Assembly: GCA_965644495.1 (NCBI GenBank)
Contig: CBFFSA010000013.1
Coordinates: 124,001 to 188,000, forward strand
DNA length: 64,000 nucleotides
DNA from: Perkinsela sp. CCAP 1560/9
Lineage: Eukaryota; Protista; Euglenozoa: Kinetoplastea
Direction of reading: 5' to 3'
The notes below the pieces were generated by a model. That model was not told the origin of the DNA, ran no database searches, and worked only from the letters and a program-made list of their open reading frames with translations. Shown one piece after another: positions 1 through 10,163 of this stretch. Every line of letters starts with the position of its first letter. Position 1 is the stretch's first letter. The position numbers were made by a program, and so were the translations under genes.

Positions 1-476
1 CCGTAGATAGTTCGCCTCAGTTCGTTCTACCAAAGAAATAAGAACGAATATAAAAAAGTTTAGCATTCGAAAGGTTTTTTTGCTACCTATTATAGAGAAA
101 ATCTTGTCCCAAAAAATAGATGAAACGTAATCGCCCAAGAGAGATTATGCCCGTAAAATTAGTATTTAGTATTCCCCCCACGAGCCTTCAGCACTGCCTT
201 CATATGGGCAGGCATACTGTCCACCTGGGCACGACATACTGAGGGTGGTATGTTCGCCCATTCCATTTTTACCCTCTCCCACAACTCTCGGACCCCGCTT
301 GGTGGATCATCGTGCGCTGCAAGGCGCCGCTTGAGTTCTCCTCAAACGTTTTCGATTGCGTTTAAGTCAGGGGACTGCGGGGGCCACCGCATGACTTCAA
401 ACCCGGTACCGCGGTGTGTCTATGAGGTCCATCTCTGATACAGTAAATTTAAGTATCTCAACAATTTCTATGATAT
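1..476 (-). repeat. Near-identical inverted copy of 5949..6424 (Tc1 C-terminus and 3' flank joined to an inverted N-terminal piece)
   Basis: The reverse complement of 1..476 matches 5949..6424 with only a few substitutions. Confidence 0.95.
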
Positions 477-1222
477 TAAAAAAAGAAAGGCCTGATACTC
501 TCAGGATGCAGGGTGGATGCCCTCGAAAGCTTTCCGAGCCGTGCACACGCCGTGTGCGACGACTTGTGTTCTCCGGCAATTCTGCGCAAGAGGTATCATC
601 TCAGCTGCGCCGCGAGGGCGTTGCTGATGTTGTTCCTCAGTCTATCCGAGTTTCGATGCACCGCTTCGGACACAAAGGTAAAAAGCGTGTCCGCAAGCCC
701 TACCTGTCCAAGCGCCATCGCAAGCTTCGGATGGACTTTGCCACGGCCCATGAGCACTGGACAGTGCACGACTGGGCTCCAGTTGTATGGTCGGACGAGA
801 CGAAGATCTCGCGCTTTGAAACGGGGGGAAGTCTTTGGACATGGGGGACCCCGGGGGAGGAACTGGGTGAAAAAGGGGTAATTCCCACGGTAAAGTACGG
901 AGGGGGGCACATCATGATTTGGGTGTGCATGTCCCGAAGCGGTGTGGGGCATGTGCGTCTAGTTCAAGGGAACCTGAACGCCACACAGTACGTCGAGATT
1001 CTTGAAGAGAATCTTGCCCCCTCCATCGAAACTATGGGTCTAGACCCCCCAATGGTCATCTTCCAACAAGATAATGACCCCAAGCACACAAGCCATTGTG
1101 CGCAACGGCACCTCCGGGGTACCGGGTTTGAAGTCATGCGGTGGCCCCCGCAGTCCCCTGACTTAAATCCAATCGAAAACGTTGGGGGGGAACTCAAGCG
1201 GCGCCTTGCAGCGCACGATGAT
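410..1222 (+). pseudogene. Tc1/mariner (DD34E) transposase, central fragment
   Basis: ORF 416..1252 has an HTH region, WSDE, KYGGGHIMIW, FQQDNDPKHT and WPPQSPDLNPIE; 34 residues separate D2 and E. Homology stops at about 1222; N- and C-termini lie elsewhere (5561..5629, 6015..6266, 159..410). Confidence 0.92.
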
Positions 1223-1888
1223 CTTCTTAGTTCCGAAATATATAAAACGTGAATGCAACACGTGCAGCTTTACATTTTGTGGCATACAAATACTGCAAAA
1301 AAGAGGGAAAAACTTATTGGAAAGTGGATCCCTCAACGCAAAGTATTTGGTTCTCGATGTCACGACAACTACGTCCCAACACGAGATTCCAAAATGTTTT
1401 CCCAGCCCACGCTACATAAAAGAGTCTACTTCGCAGCAGTAGATGCCACACCCATACGATTGGCGATCTGGCCAATGAAAAATGGGGACGTCTTAAAAGA
1501 TAAAATTGAGCAGTATCCCGGTAAAATGGATATTATACTAGCGGAAGCTACAGCAATAGCAAATGCTATTCGCTGCGCTCATAACAATGGTTTTCAATTT
1601 GTTGTAATAGATAATGATAATACGGCTGCGTGTCACTCTTTTGTGAAAGGATATTCCCCGTGAGATACACTGGATCACATAATAAAAGGGTGTGAGTGTT
1701 TCAAAGGAAAGCTAGTGCTCTGTGACATACCCAGCGAAGAAAACATCGCTGATGTTGGGACGCGACCAGAGAAAGTGTACACTGAATCAGAATACAACTA
1801 TAGAAAGTTACAGTCGTGGAATCGACTTTGCCGCGCGTGGGACAATTACAAAAGGTTTGGTACGACATTCGCCAGCCGTGAAGAATGA
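1223..1888 (+). pseudogene. DIRS/VIPER/TATE-type retroelement remnant (RT C-terminal piece plus RNase H)
   Basis: FTFCGI (RT tail), then VDATP...IILAEATAI...VVIDNDNTAA...KGYS, an in-frame TGA at 1661, then DIPSEENIADVGTR. This D-E-D-D pattern is typical of tyrosine-recombinase retroelement RNase H. Confidence 0.7.
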
Positions 1889-2294
1889 ATTGACCTATTA
1901 AATTTAGTTTACAAATGCTCGTAGTTCTGCATATTCACTAACCTTATCCCCGCTGTCAACTTACGTACTAAATAATACGCATACAGTATAAAACACAACT
2001 AAAACACACATACGCAACGTATTCTCTGTACCTTTAGAAATTACATGTATAATATTTTTACTATTTATGAATATCGCTAAAAATGCTACGCTCGTGCTTG
2101 ATCAGGAACCCTCCCAGTGGAATTGACACATGGTAGGTTAACCGCGGAGTGCTCTCTGTCACTGGTGAAGGACCTAGGAAGGCCTTGCGTTCCCGTAACC
2201 GCAATAATGCGGGAGCCGGAGTGGTACTTGCGGCGCTTGCATGTGGGGATTGCAGGCGCTCCTGTACCAAACAAACAAATTTTATCGCATCAAA

Positions 2295-4110
2295 CTATGC
2301 ACCCTCTCGGTGCAACAAATCACTTATGAAACACGTGTAATTTGCGTCAATGAGGTCCAAAACCAGGGACGTTCAATTACAGACACTCCTGCTCTTATGA
2401 AATGCAGTGAATCTACTGTCTCTGGATGGGTTAAACGCCACCGGGAGACAGGGGGGTTAGGACGTAGGTATAAAATATATAGGTAAAAATGCAATTGATA
2501 AGGTGGAGTTTCGAATAATGTTAGGATCTATTGTAGATGAAGAAAATCAACGTAGTCCCATTGGCTGTCCATCTTGGAGGTGGGTTCACCGCCAAATCGA
2601 TCAAACCAAGTACCCATGCTCTCTTTAATATGTGAAAAAGTTCCTCACCTTACGCCTCTGCACAAATTCGACCGCCTGGAGTTGGTAAATCGTTTGGAGA
2701 GGCTCACCCTTTTTCAATACGCCCGTATTCTGTGGACGGATGATTTTTTTTTAAAATGCGGGTACTACTCACGCAACATTTGGTACGTTTGCAAAAGGTC
2801 AGATAAACCCCTTGAGGCACAAAAAGATTTTGAGAAATATTGTGGGGAAAAGGGGGTTCATATTTCGATGGCGGTGAGCCTTAAATGGGGGGTTCCCAAG
2901 GTTCACTGTTTTCATGAGTTTGCAGAGAACGAGGCGGTAACTAATGAAAACTTTCTTTCTGTCATGACAAAACGAAATGGTTTCTATAACTGATTAAAGC
3001 GTAAACCAGCGACTACAGTGATCATAGACAACGCTACGGGCCATAATCATACTCGCCGTGTCGGCAGACATGGGTATTAGCATTCCGGATTGGCCTACCA
3101 AGTCCCTGGATTGGTGGGTTGGTGTGTACACCAGTGTTGGGGTCCACCCAAAATCGTCGATGATTTACTGTCTCATACCGCAAGTCGTTTCCCAGGGAGC
3201 GACTCGCTCGCCAGCAATCAGTGCGCGCCACGGCCCGGCTCCCAGCAGACAACTCAATGACTTGTGTATTCAGACTCTCAGCACTTCGATTTTCCAGAGG
3301 GCTTACAAATATTTCCTTCGCTTTCTGATTTCTCGTAGTACTTGTAATCACATGTACCCATTGTGACTCATTCTTACGGACGCGACGTGGTTTGTAGCTG
3401 CCCCCTTTTTTTGGCGTTGAGAAGCATGTTTCGTCTTTTTGCATATGATTTATTGTCCCAGCCGCTTCTATAGTGCGAATGTCATGGGCATGAGAAATCA
3501 TGGACTCCAGCATGTGGGATATGTTCGTTACTGTTCGAGCGCTAAGCTGACATTCTAACGCAATTTGTTCCCGTCCGTTGCGACAGCTCATTCCGTAAAG
3601 AACGTGAAGCACCTGTTTTGCTGTTCGTCGCTTAAATGCAGTAAGAAGAGGTTGTAGGCAGTAGAGTTTTCCTCGACATTTTTTCCTCTCAGGGCATATC
3701 CAGTGCTCTCCTACAAGGTTGCAAGGGAGAGGAGCATGCTGTTTCGCGCAAGTAACTGCTTTGTACAAGAGTCCATGGTTCTTCATCCATTCAACAACGC
3801 GAGATTCCTCCGTTGAACTGAGCAGACTATAGGAAAAAGTGTCAGTACACGCGAAATCATTGCAACGAGCGCAGTTCATAGTGAGAAACCGTGAAAAAAG
3901 ATAATGTTTTTAATGATTTGAGATACTGTAAAAGAAAACACATTTTAAATCAATATTTAAAAAACATAAAAAATATTTTTTTTGGCGCAATAATGCTTCA
4001 CTTTCACCAAATTTACTAATCGAAAATTTGTGGAGCATGATGGACCACCACATCAAATTTACTCTCCGTCCCACAAACCGTAAGGAACTGCAAGCTGCAA
4101 TTCCATGTCC
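2295..4110 (+). pseudogene. Degenerate Tc1/IS630-like transposase interrupted by a Merlin fragment
   Basis: HTH-like GRSITDTPALMKCSESTVSGWVKRHRETGG, then KVPHLTPLHKFDRL..ILWTDD (2574..2993). C-terminal LIENLWSMM..TNRKELQAAI resumes at about 4010..4100. Confidence 0.7.
3034..3879 (-). mobile_element. Merlin (IS1595/ISXO2-like) transposase, C-terminally truncated
   Basis: N-terminal Cys cluster, QKDETCF, ENRSAESL, RTDCWRA, TVNHRRFWVDPNTGVHTN; homology ends before the final catalytic E. Confidence 0.85.
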
Positions 4111-4473
4111 TTTTTTAATCGATAAGGAAAATCAATGATACGAACCTACGGAAGAACACACACGTAAAACCAGAAAAAAAAATCAATTTAGAGTTTATAA
4201 AGTTTATAATATTATTTTGCCACACAATAGAAGCACGCATGGTACAGCGCTTGCTCTGAATAGCGCATAAGTAGTCCATTACCTATAAGTACGAATTTTT
4301 CTGTGTTAAGAACTCTTTGTTGTCTATTATTTTCTAGACTACATATACATGTAATGTAATGTGACTAAATTGTAATAGTAATGTGAACTTGTTTTCTGGA
4401 ATAATAATCATGCACACGTATTAGGAAATTGCATATGTTAGTGCTTTTCGGAAGGATAAAATTTCAACAAAAT

Positions 4474-5244
4474 TTATTGATTTCTGTACCTAAAAGCAAA
4501 ACTCCCTGCGTTTTGTAGCTTATCTACGTACTTCATACGACATAGTAAATCCGGGTTATTTGACAAGCTGACTTCTCTAAGAGATCGAGGCAACTGACTT
4601 AGATCAACAGTACCAGAAAATGCGTTGCTGCTTAATCCCAAGTGAAGCAACAATGGGGGAAGGGCTGTAAGGTCGGGAGTTCCGCACAGACGATTGCGCG
4701 AAAGAAAGAGCTTTTCCAATCGCGGAGGAAGACTTGTGAGACAGACTTCTCCAGTGAAACCATTACAGCTCAGTCGGAGAACTTTCATACTTTGCGGAAG
4801 AACAGTTAAGTCTAGTTCTCCATGAAAATGATTCTTTGTAATAATAAAAGTCTCATGAATTGGAAGAAGATCACCCAGTAAGGCGCGTCCCGTCATATTA
4901 TTATTTTGTGCACTAAAGAGGAACAGAGTTTCTGGAAAATGATGAATAAATAATTCTCCGGATAAGTGCTTCTCGTCCCAATGAATTTCAGTAATGTGAC
5001 TGCACTCGTTACACTTTACACCGAACCACTCACACGCGGGCGTATCGGTGCTCCAGGATGAGTCCAAGTTTTCAAGCTCTTCGACTAGTCGTGCGAGCTT
5101 GTATTCTTCCGGTAGCATAGCCTGATTTATCTTTCCAGTACGTGCTACTGAGATTCTGCAATCAGATTCCGGCGTAGATGGGTCGATGGCACTGATTTTA
5201 CGTCTCTTAGCCGAAACGTCGTGAGAAGTGGTCAAGAGAATCAT
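4474..5244 (-). CDS. Leucine-rich repeat protein (24-aa LRRs, Cys/Trp N-cap), KRRK NLS-like motif
   Basis: WSTDTPACEWFGVKC cap followed by LPxxLxxLxLxxNxFxGxxDL repeats. Confidence 0.9.
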   Translation of the reverse strand: MILLTTSHDVSAKRRKISAIDPSTPESDCRISVARTGKINQAMLPEEYKLARLVEELENLDSSWSTDTPACEWFGVKCNECSHITEIHWDEKHLSGELFIHHFPETLFLFSAQNNNMTGRALLGDLLPIHETFIITKNHFHGELDLTVLPQSMKVLRLSCNGFTGEVCLTSLPPRLEKLFLSRNRLCGTPDLTALPPLLLHLGLSSNAFSGTVDLSQLPRSLREVSLSNNPDLLCRMKYVDKLQNAGSFAFRYRNQ

Positions 5245-5560
5245 GAAAATGATTGAACAGGTATTTAGAACTATTTTTTAAGTGAACTATTACGGTATAC
5301 AAACATGAAAATATCACTTTTCAACATGAAAGATCCTATCTCCGCAAACCGAAACTAAGTCCCTACTTCATTCTGCCCCTTACAATGGAGAATAGCTGCA
5401 GATTGCCGGAGATATGTGGAGATATCTCAATCAAATAACACCAGAAGAAAGAATTGCAGCAGGAGAGTTAAATAGAAGTAGGAGATGTGGGCCATTACTA
5501 CGGGGAAGGCCAGGGCGCGGCTACGGGAACGCCTGCAACTCTATTGCAGTTACAAGAGAA

Positions 5561-5629
5561 CCTCATAGACACACCGCTGTCGTAGAGCTCTGCAATTTGT
5601 TTCTTTACGTAACGTGGTGTGGACCTCAT
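5561..5629 (-). pseudogene. N-terminus of the Tc1 transposase at 410..1222
   Basis: Minus strand reads MRSTPRYVKKQIAELYDSGVSMR, overlapping the GVSMR at the start of the 410..1222 fragment. Confidence 0.85.
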
Positions 5630-5948
5630 AGAAAATAAGAATTTTAGGTAAGAATTTTAGGTTATAGAGTTTATCTTACACTGTTACATTTTGCACTCTA
5701 TACAGGGGGGGCCACGAAAACTGACAAGGTCCGCATTTTAGCGTCCTGAGGCAGTTTGAGCTGATTTTTGTTGCAAACGAGAGATCTCGTTCTGAATATC
5801 GTGTCTACGCTATTTAAAATACAAAAACGTTCGCCGGAAAACATTTCCAATGAGTTACAAAAGTGAAATTTTAAAGATTTTGCAAATTGAAAAACGGGTC
5901 TAAAATTCGTAATTTTTACGTACCACGGCCCAAAAAGTACCCAGAAAT

Positions 5949-6424
5949 ATATCATAGAAATTGTTGAGATACTTAAATTTACTGTATCAGAGATGGACCT
6001 CATAGACACACCGCGGTACCGGGTTTGAAGTCATGCGGTGGCCCCCGCAGTCCCCTGACTTAAATGCAATCGAAAACGTTTGGGGAGAACTCAAGCGGCG
6101 CCTTGCAGTGCACGATGATCCACCAAGCGGGGTCCGAGAGTTGTGGGAGAGGGTAAAAATGGAATGGGCGAACATACCACCCTCAGTATGTCGTGCCCAG
6201 GTGGACAGTATGCCTGCCCATATGAAGGCAGTGCTGAAGGCTCGTGGGGGGAATACTAAATACTAATTTTACGGGCATAATCTCTCTTGGGCGATTACGT
6301 TTCATCTATTTTTTGGGACAAGATTTTCTCTATAATAGGTAGCAAAAAAACCTTTCGAATGCTAAACTTTTTTATATTCGTTCTTATTTCTTTGGTAGAA
6401 CGAACTGAGGTGAACTATCTACGG
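5949..6424 (+). mobile_element. Rearranged Tc1 fragment (transposase C-terminus 6015..6266 plus 3' flank)
   Basis: WPPQSPDLNAIENVW...KARGGNTKY*; inverted twin of 1..476. Confidence 0.9.
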
Positions 6425-6549
6425 GTACTATTCGGTGACACTCATGCCTACACTACTAGCACACATTACCAGCGCAACGGTGATATTTAATCAATAGCTC
6501 TATGCAATAGAAAAAAAACCGAAACATTCGAACGGTTTTTTTGCTGACT

Positions 6550-6657
6550 GTATATGCATTATCAGTGTGCTAATATGCATTATCAGTGTGCCTATATGCA
6601 TTATCAGTGTGCATTATGCAATATCAGTGTGCGAGTTTTATGCGTTATCAGTGTGCG
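6550..6657. repeat. About 20-bp tandem minisatellite (tatgcattatcagtgtgc), about 5 units
   Basis: Directly visible repeats. Confidence 0.85.
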
Positions 6658-6783
6658 GGTGCCCTTACACACCATGTACACGAATTTCCCCAATTTTGTA
6701 CATTAAATTTATAAACATGTTCATACCAATAAGTATCAACGATATCCGCCTATCTTCTATTTGACTACTTTCTATATATTGGA

Positions 6784-7344
6784 CTACGGCCGTAGTTTTC
6801 TACACTGCTCCCTGCGACACACCGTCTCGGCCTGTTTCGGTTCCCCACACAAGGGACAGACATACCACGGCGCGAGGCGCAGGTGGAGCCACTTAAAGTG
6901 CCACCCCCAGGTCGGGCGCCCCTTACGTTCCGGGGAGCGCTTCCCGTGAGGGGTGCCCCCTTTGTTGCCCCACAGAAACGGGTCTTCCGGGGTCAGGGCT
7001 CGGCCCTCTGTGTCCATCCCATCCTCTATACCTGCAGCACTGGTCACAAGACAAGGCGTCTCGTGCAGGGAGGAAGCAACGGGGGGAGAGGGGGGAACGG
7101 GAAAGGGGTGGAGCAGGGAGAAGGGAGAGGGGAGACGGGGGAGGAGGGAAGGGGAGGGGGTGGGTCGAGGGGGTTGGGGCACTCGACGGTGTTTGTAGAG
7201 GAGAGGTTGTGCTGAGGGTTTGATATTTGGAAGAGGGGTGTGAGGGTAGGGGGAGGTAGGGAGCGGAGGAAGGAGTTTTTGAACCAGTCGGCGGAGGGTG
7301 AGACGTGTGTGGTTCAAAAGAGCGTGTGGGCTACGGCAGGACAT
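6784..7344 (-). CDS. bL32m: Mitochondrial ribosomal protein bL32m (kinetoplastid type) with a Pro-rich N-terminal insert
   Basis: C-terminal GNKGGTP..GWHFK..L.L..WY.CPLCGEPK....CRREQCRKLRP matches the trypanosomatid bL32m pattern as I recall it; N-terminus is Arg/Leu-rich like a presequence. Confidence 0.8.
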   Translation of the reverse strand: MSCRSPHALLNHTRLTLRRLVQKLLPPLPTSPYPHTPLPNIKPSAQPLLYKHRRVPQPPRPTPSPSLLPRLPSPFSLLHPFPVPPSPPVASSLHETPCLVTSAAGIEDGMDTEGRALTPEDPFLWGNKGGTPHGKRSPERKGRPTWGWHFKWLHLRLAPWYVCPLCGEPKQAETVCRREQCRKLRP

Positions 7345-7775
7345 GGGAATGGGTTTCGTATTTGGTATGAAAAAAACCGTTTTTTATCGAAAAAGATATA
7401 CTCCCCAGTACCCTACTTATTGCTTTTCGGACGTTGACTCTTGTCGTGAGTGCCGTGAAGTGTACATAGAAGTAATATTGAATGGCTAAAAATGCAGGGT
7501 TCGCGGAAACTTTAATAAGGTAAACACAAGGTGAACACAAAGTAAATTTGGGTGCAATCTGACGTTCATGCCAATTGAATAAAATATTTTTGCAAAACAA
7601 GCGCACAAAGGGCGTTCGCATACGAGAGCTCGTATGCAACAAATAACTTTACTACTCATAAGCGTTCAGAAAACGTTTCGTTTTACGAATCTCTCCTCCC
7701 TATACGAGCGTCCCGGTTTCAGTTAATAGCAACGCTAATATTATAACAAGAGTCAATTCCTCACCAGAAACAACG

Positions 7776-8465
7776 CTAATAAGGAGGGGTAGGCGCCCAA
7801 AGTCTTATTCGTGTCCCTGCTACAGATCTGTAACGCAGTCTTCCCCACTGCGCTACATCAATTACGCCTTCAAGCTCGCGATTATCGGTAAAGAGAATAG
7901 AATCCATTGTCAAGGGAAGTAGTCCAAACAGAAGTCGGGTAAAATTATTAGCTTCTACATCGACGCAACTCATTTGAGGGGGAAGTACCGTCATGTCTAA
8001 CGTACCTGCAAATTTGTTGTGGGCAAGTTGGAGGTGAGTAAAAGTCTGTGGCAAGTCTGGGAGATTTACTTCACCAGTCATCTTATTGGCTCGTACAGTC
8101 AACCATTCCATTGAGCAAGGAAGGTCTCGAAGATTGACACCCCCAATAATGTCATTGTTCGTCAGATAAACAACCACCATACTGCTAGGAATAAATTCCC
8201 ATAATAAAGTTCCTCGTAAAGATCTACTACCCCAATTAAGTTTTATTGCCTTCCCCTCGGAATTGATTTTCACCTCGATCCATTCATGAATAGGTTTACT
8301 GGCGTCCCATGAAGGATCGGGGTTTTCAATATTTCTTATAAATCGAGACAGTTCAATTTCTTGGGACAGAGCAACTCCCCGAAGCTTTCCTAATCGGGAT
8401 GGAGCATCACGATCATGGCACAGAGCGGATAAAGAAATAAAGACGCCCTTGTACAGCGCAACCAT
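7776..8465 (-). CDS. Leucine-rich repeat protein
   Basis: SRLGKLRG..LSQEIEL motif, W..W cap and 24-aa LRRs. Confidence 0.88.
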   Translation of the reverse strand: MVALYKGVFISLSALCHDRDAPSRLGKLRGVALSQEIELSRFIRNIENPDPSWDASKPIHEWIEVKINSEGKAIKLNWGSRSLRGTLLWEFIPSSMVVVYLTNNDIIGGVNLRDLPCSMEWLTVRANKMTGEVNLPDLPQTFTHLQLAHNKFAGTLDMTVLPPQMSCVDVEANNFTRLLFGLLPLTMDSILFTDNRELEGVIDVAQWGRLRYRSVAGTRIRLWAPTPPY

Positions 8466-8906
8466 GAAACTTATGCTTCAAACGAAAACAATATGCGTAC
8501 CCCATCTTTAAAATACTCTGAATATTCACATTACTTTACATACCGTAGAAACGGAAATTCAAGAATAGTTAAATTAAGGAAAATTTCTTTGTGACACAAA
8601 ATTATTTCCTTAATTAAAGTTTTCTTAATTTTCGTCTTCCTTTCCAAACAGGCAGTTTGAGGACTGCTAGTGCAATCCAGGGCCAACCTGTGCCAACCAG
8701 TGCAAGACAGGAAGTGGCTGAGTGTTGAAAGATACCGTAGAAGAATACTTATGAAAATGTTGTGTGGAACCGAGAAAAACATTTTTTCTTCTTTGATCAA
8801 ATCAAAAAAAACTTAGTGTCAGTAAAAATACTATCCTGCAGGTAGCGGGGGTAGAATGAATTTTTTTCATGCTCGTAATGTACGCGTAGAAAAAAATTGC
8901 AACTCC

Positions 8907-9895
8907 CTAGTTTTTCTCCTCTTTGCGTAACTTCTCGTACGTCCGCTTGGAGATTCGAGGAACGGAGGACTCAATCCATTTGACTGGCAGAACAGGCTTG
9001 GGATACACCACTGAAGTAAAATCGTTCTCTTTCAGGTATAACTTAAACTGCCGTGGACCGCCAGGTAGGTGACATAGATCTACGATTCCACTTAATGTGC
9101 TGTTCGTGAGGTCAAGGACTTTCAACCCGGTTGGAAGATGAGTAAGATTTATCTCGCCTTCAAGCCCACGCAACTTGTTGTTTCTGAGATAAAGAACTTT
9201 CAGGGCGGTTGGAAGACGAGTCAGACTTATCTCGCTTTCAAATAGATTATGATTGAGCGCCAAGTCTTCCAAAGTTTCTGGAAGCTCTGTAAGACAGAGA
9301 GGACCTTGAAACAAGTTGTATGCCAAATCGAGTTTTTGTAGAGGAGGGAGGTGACATAAATCAACTTCTCCGATAAAGCGATTCTGCGCAGTATTAAGTT
9401 CTCGCAATGTGTTTGGAAGTTTAGAAAGATCTGCGATTCCTTCAAACCAATTTTTACCAATGACCAAACGTTCTAAGTTGGGAGGAAGTACAGTAAAATC
9501 GAAAGTTTCTGTGTGCATATGACCCCAAATGGAGAAGTTTTGGAGAGGATCGACCAATTCCTCTGAGGGAATATGCCCGATACAACGATATTGATCCATA
9601 TTGACATCGGCTTCAAAAATCACCGTGTGTGAGGGCATAACCCGATAATTTCAAAGTCTTTGTTGCAACGTACCCCATTCCAAGAACACACGCGAATAGA
9701 CTCATTTTTCCATATCAAAGCTAGACAAGTGTGTGTATGAGTATGCTCCACAAAACGTTTCAATTGATCCTCATCAGAGCTTTCAGAGGCTGTATGAGTC
9801 GTGAATTGGTCCAACCGTTTCCGTTTTAGAGGAGGGCTAGTGGTATCAGGTGCGCGTACTCCAAGAAAGCGGACGACAAAGAGGAAAAAGATCAT
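8907..9895 (-). pseudogene. LRR gene split by a frameshift or deletion near 9640 (N-cap ORF 9620..9895 plus LRR ORF 8907..9638)
   Basis: Cap VCSWNGVRCN is in one frame and the LRRs in another; PPLKRKR motif near the N-terminus. Confidence 0.75.
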
Positions 9896-10163
9896 CCAAA
9901 AAACGTTGAATTCACCCTTTCATAAATAACTATAATTATGAAATATAAACTTTATGAAATTACACTGTACTGTACGATTACATACATGTAGTGCCGCGGG
10001 TTTCGACAAAATGGCACTAATAGCGCCCTGAGAGGAAGGGGTTCCATCAGATAAACCATAAAAAGAAATCACAAAACGTAGAATACAAACAGGATGCCAG
10101 TTCAATGCCTACAACTAATATGAATGCGTTCCACGATTCCCTATACCCCACTCACCCCTTCCC

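Noticed and set aside
1661-1663. Stop-codon reassignment suggested by in-frame TGA here and at about 50905
   Set aside because: Both are in decayed TEs (the paralog has TTA at the 50905 site), and host genes terminate with TAA, TAG and TGA.
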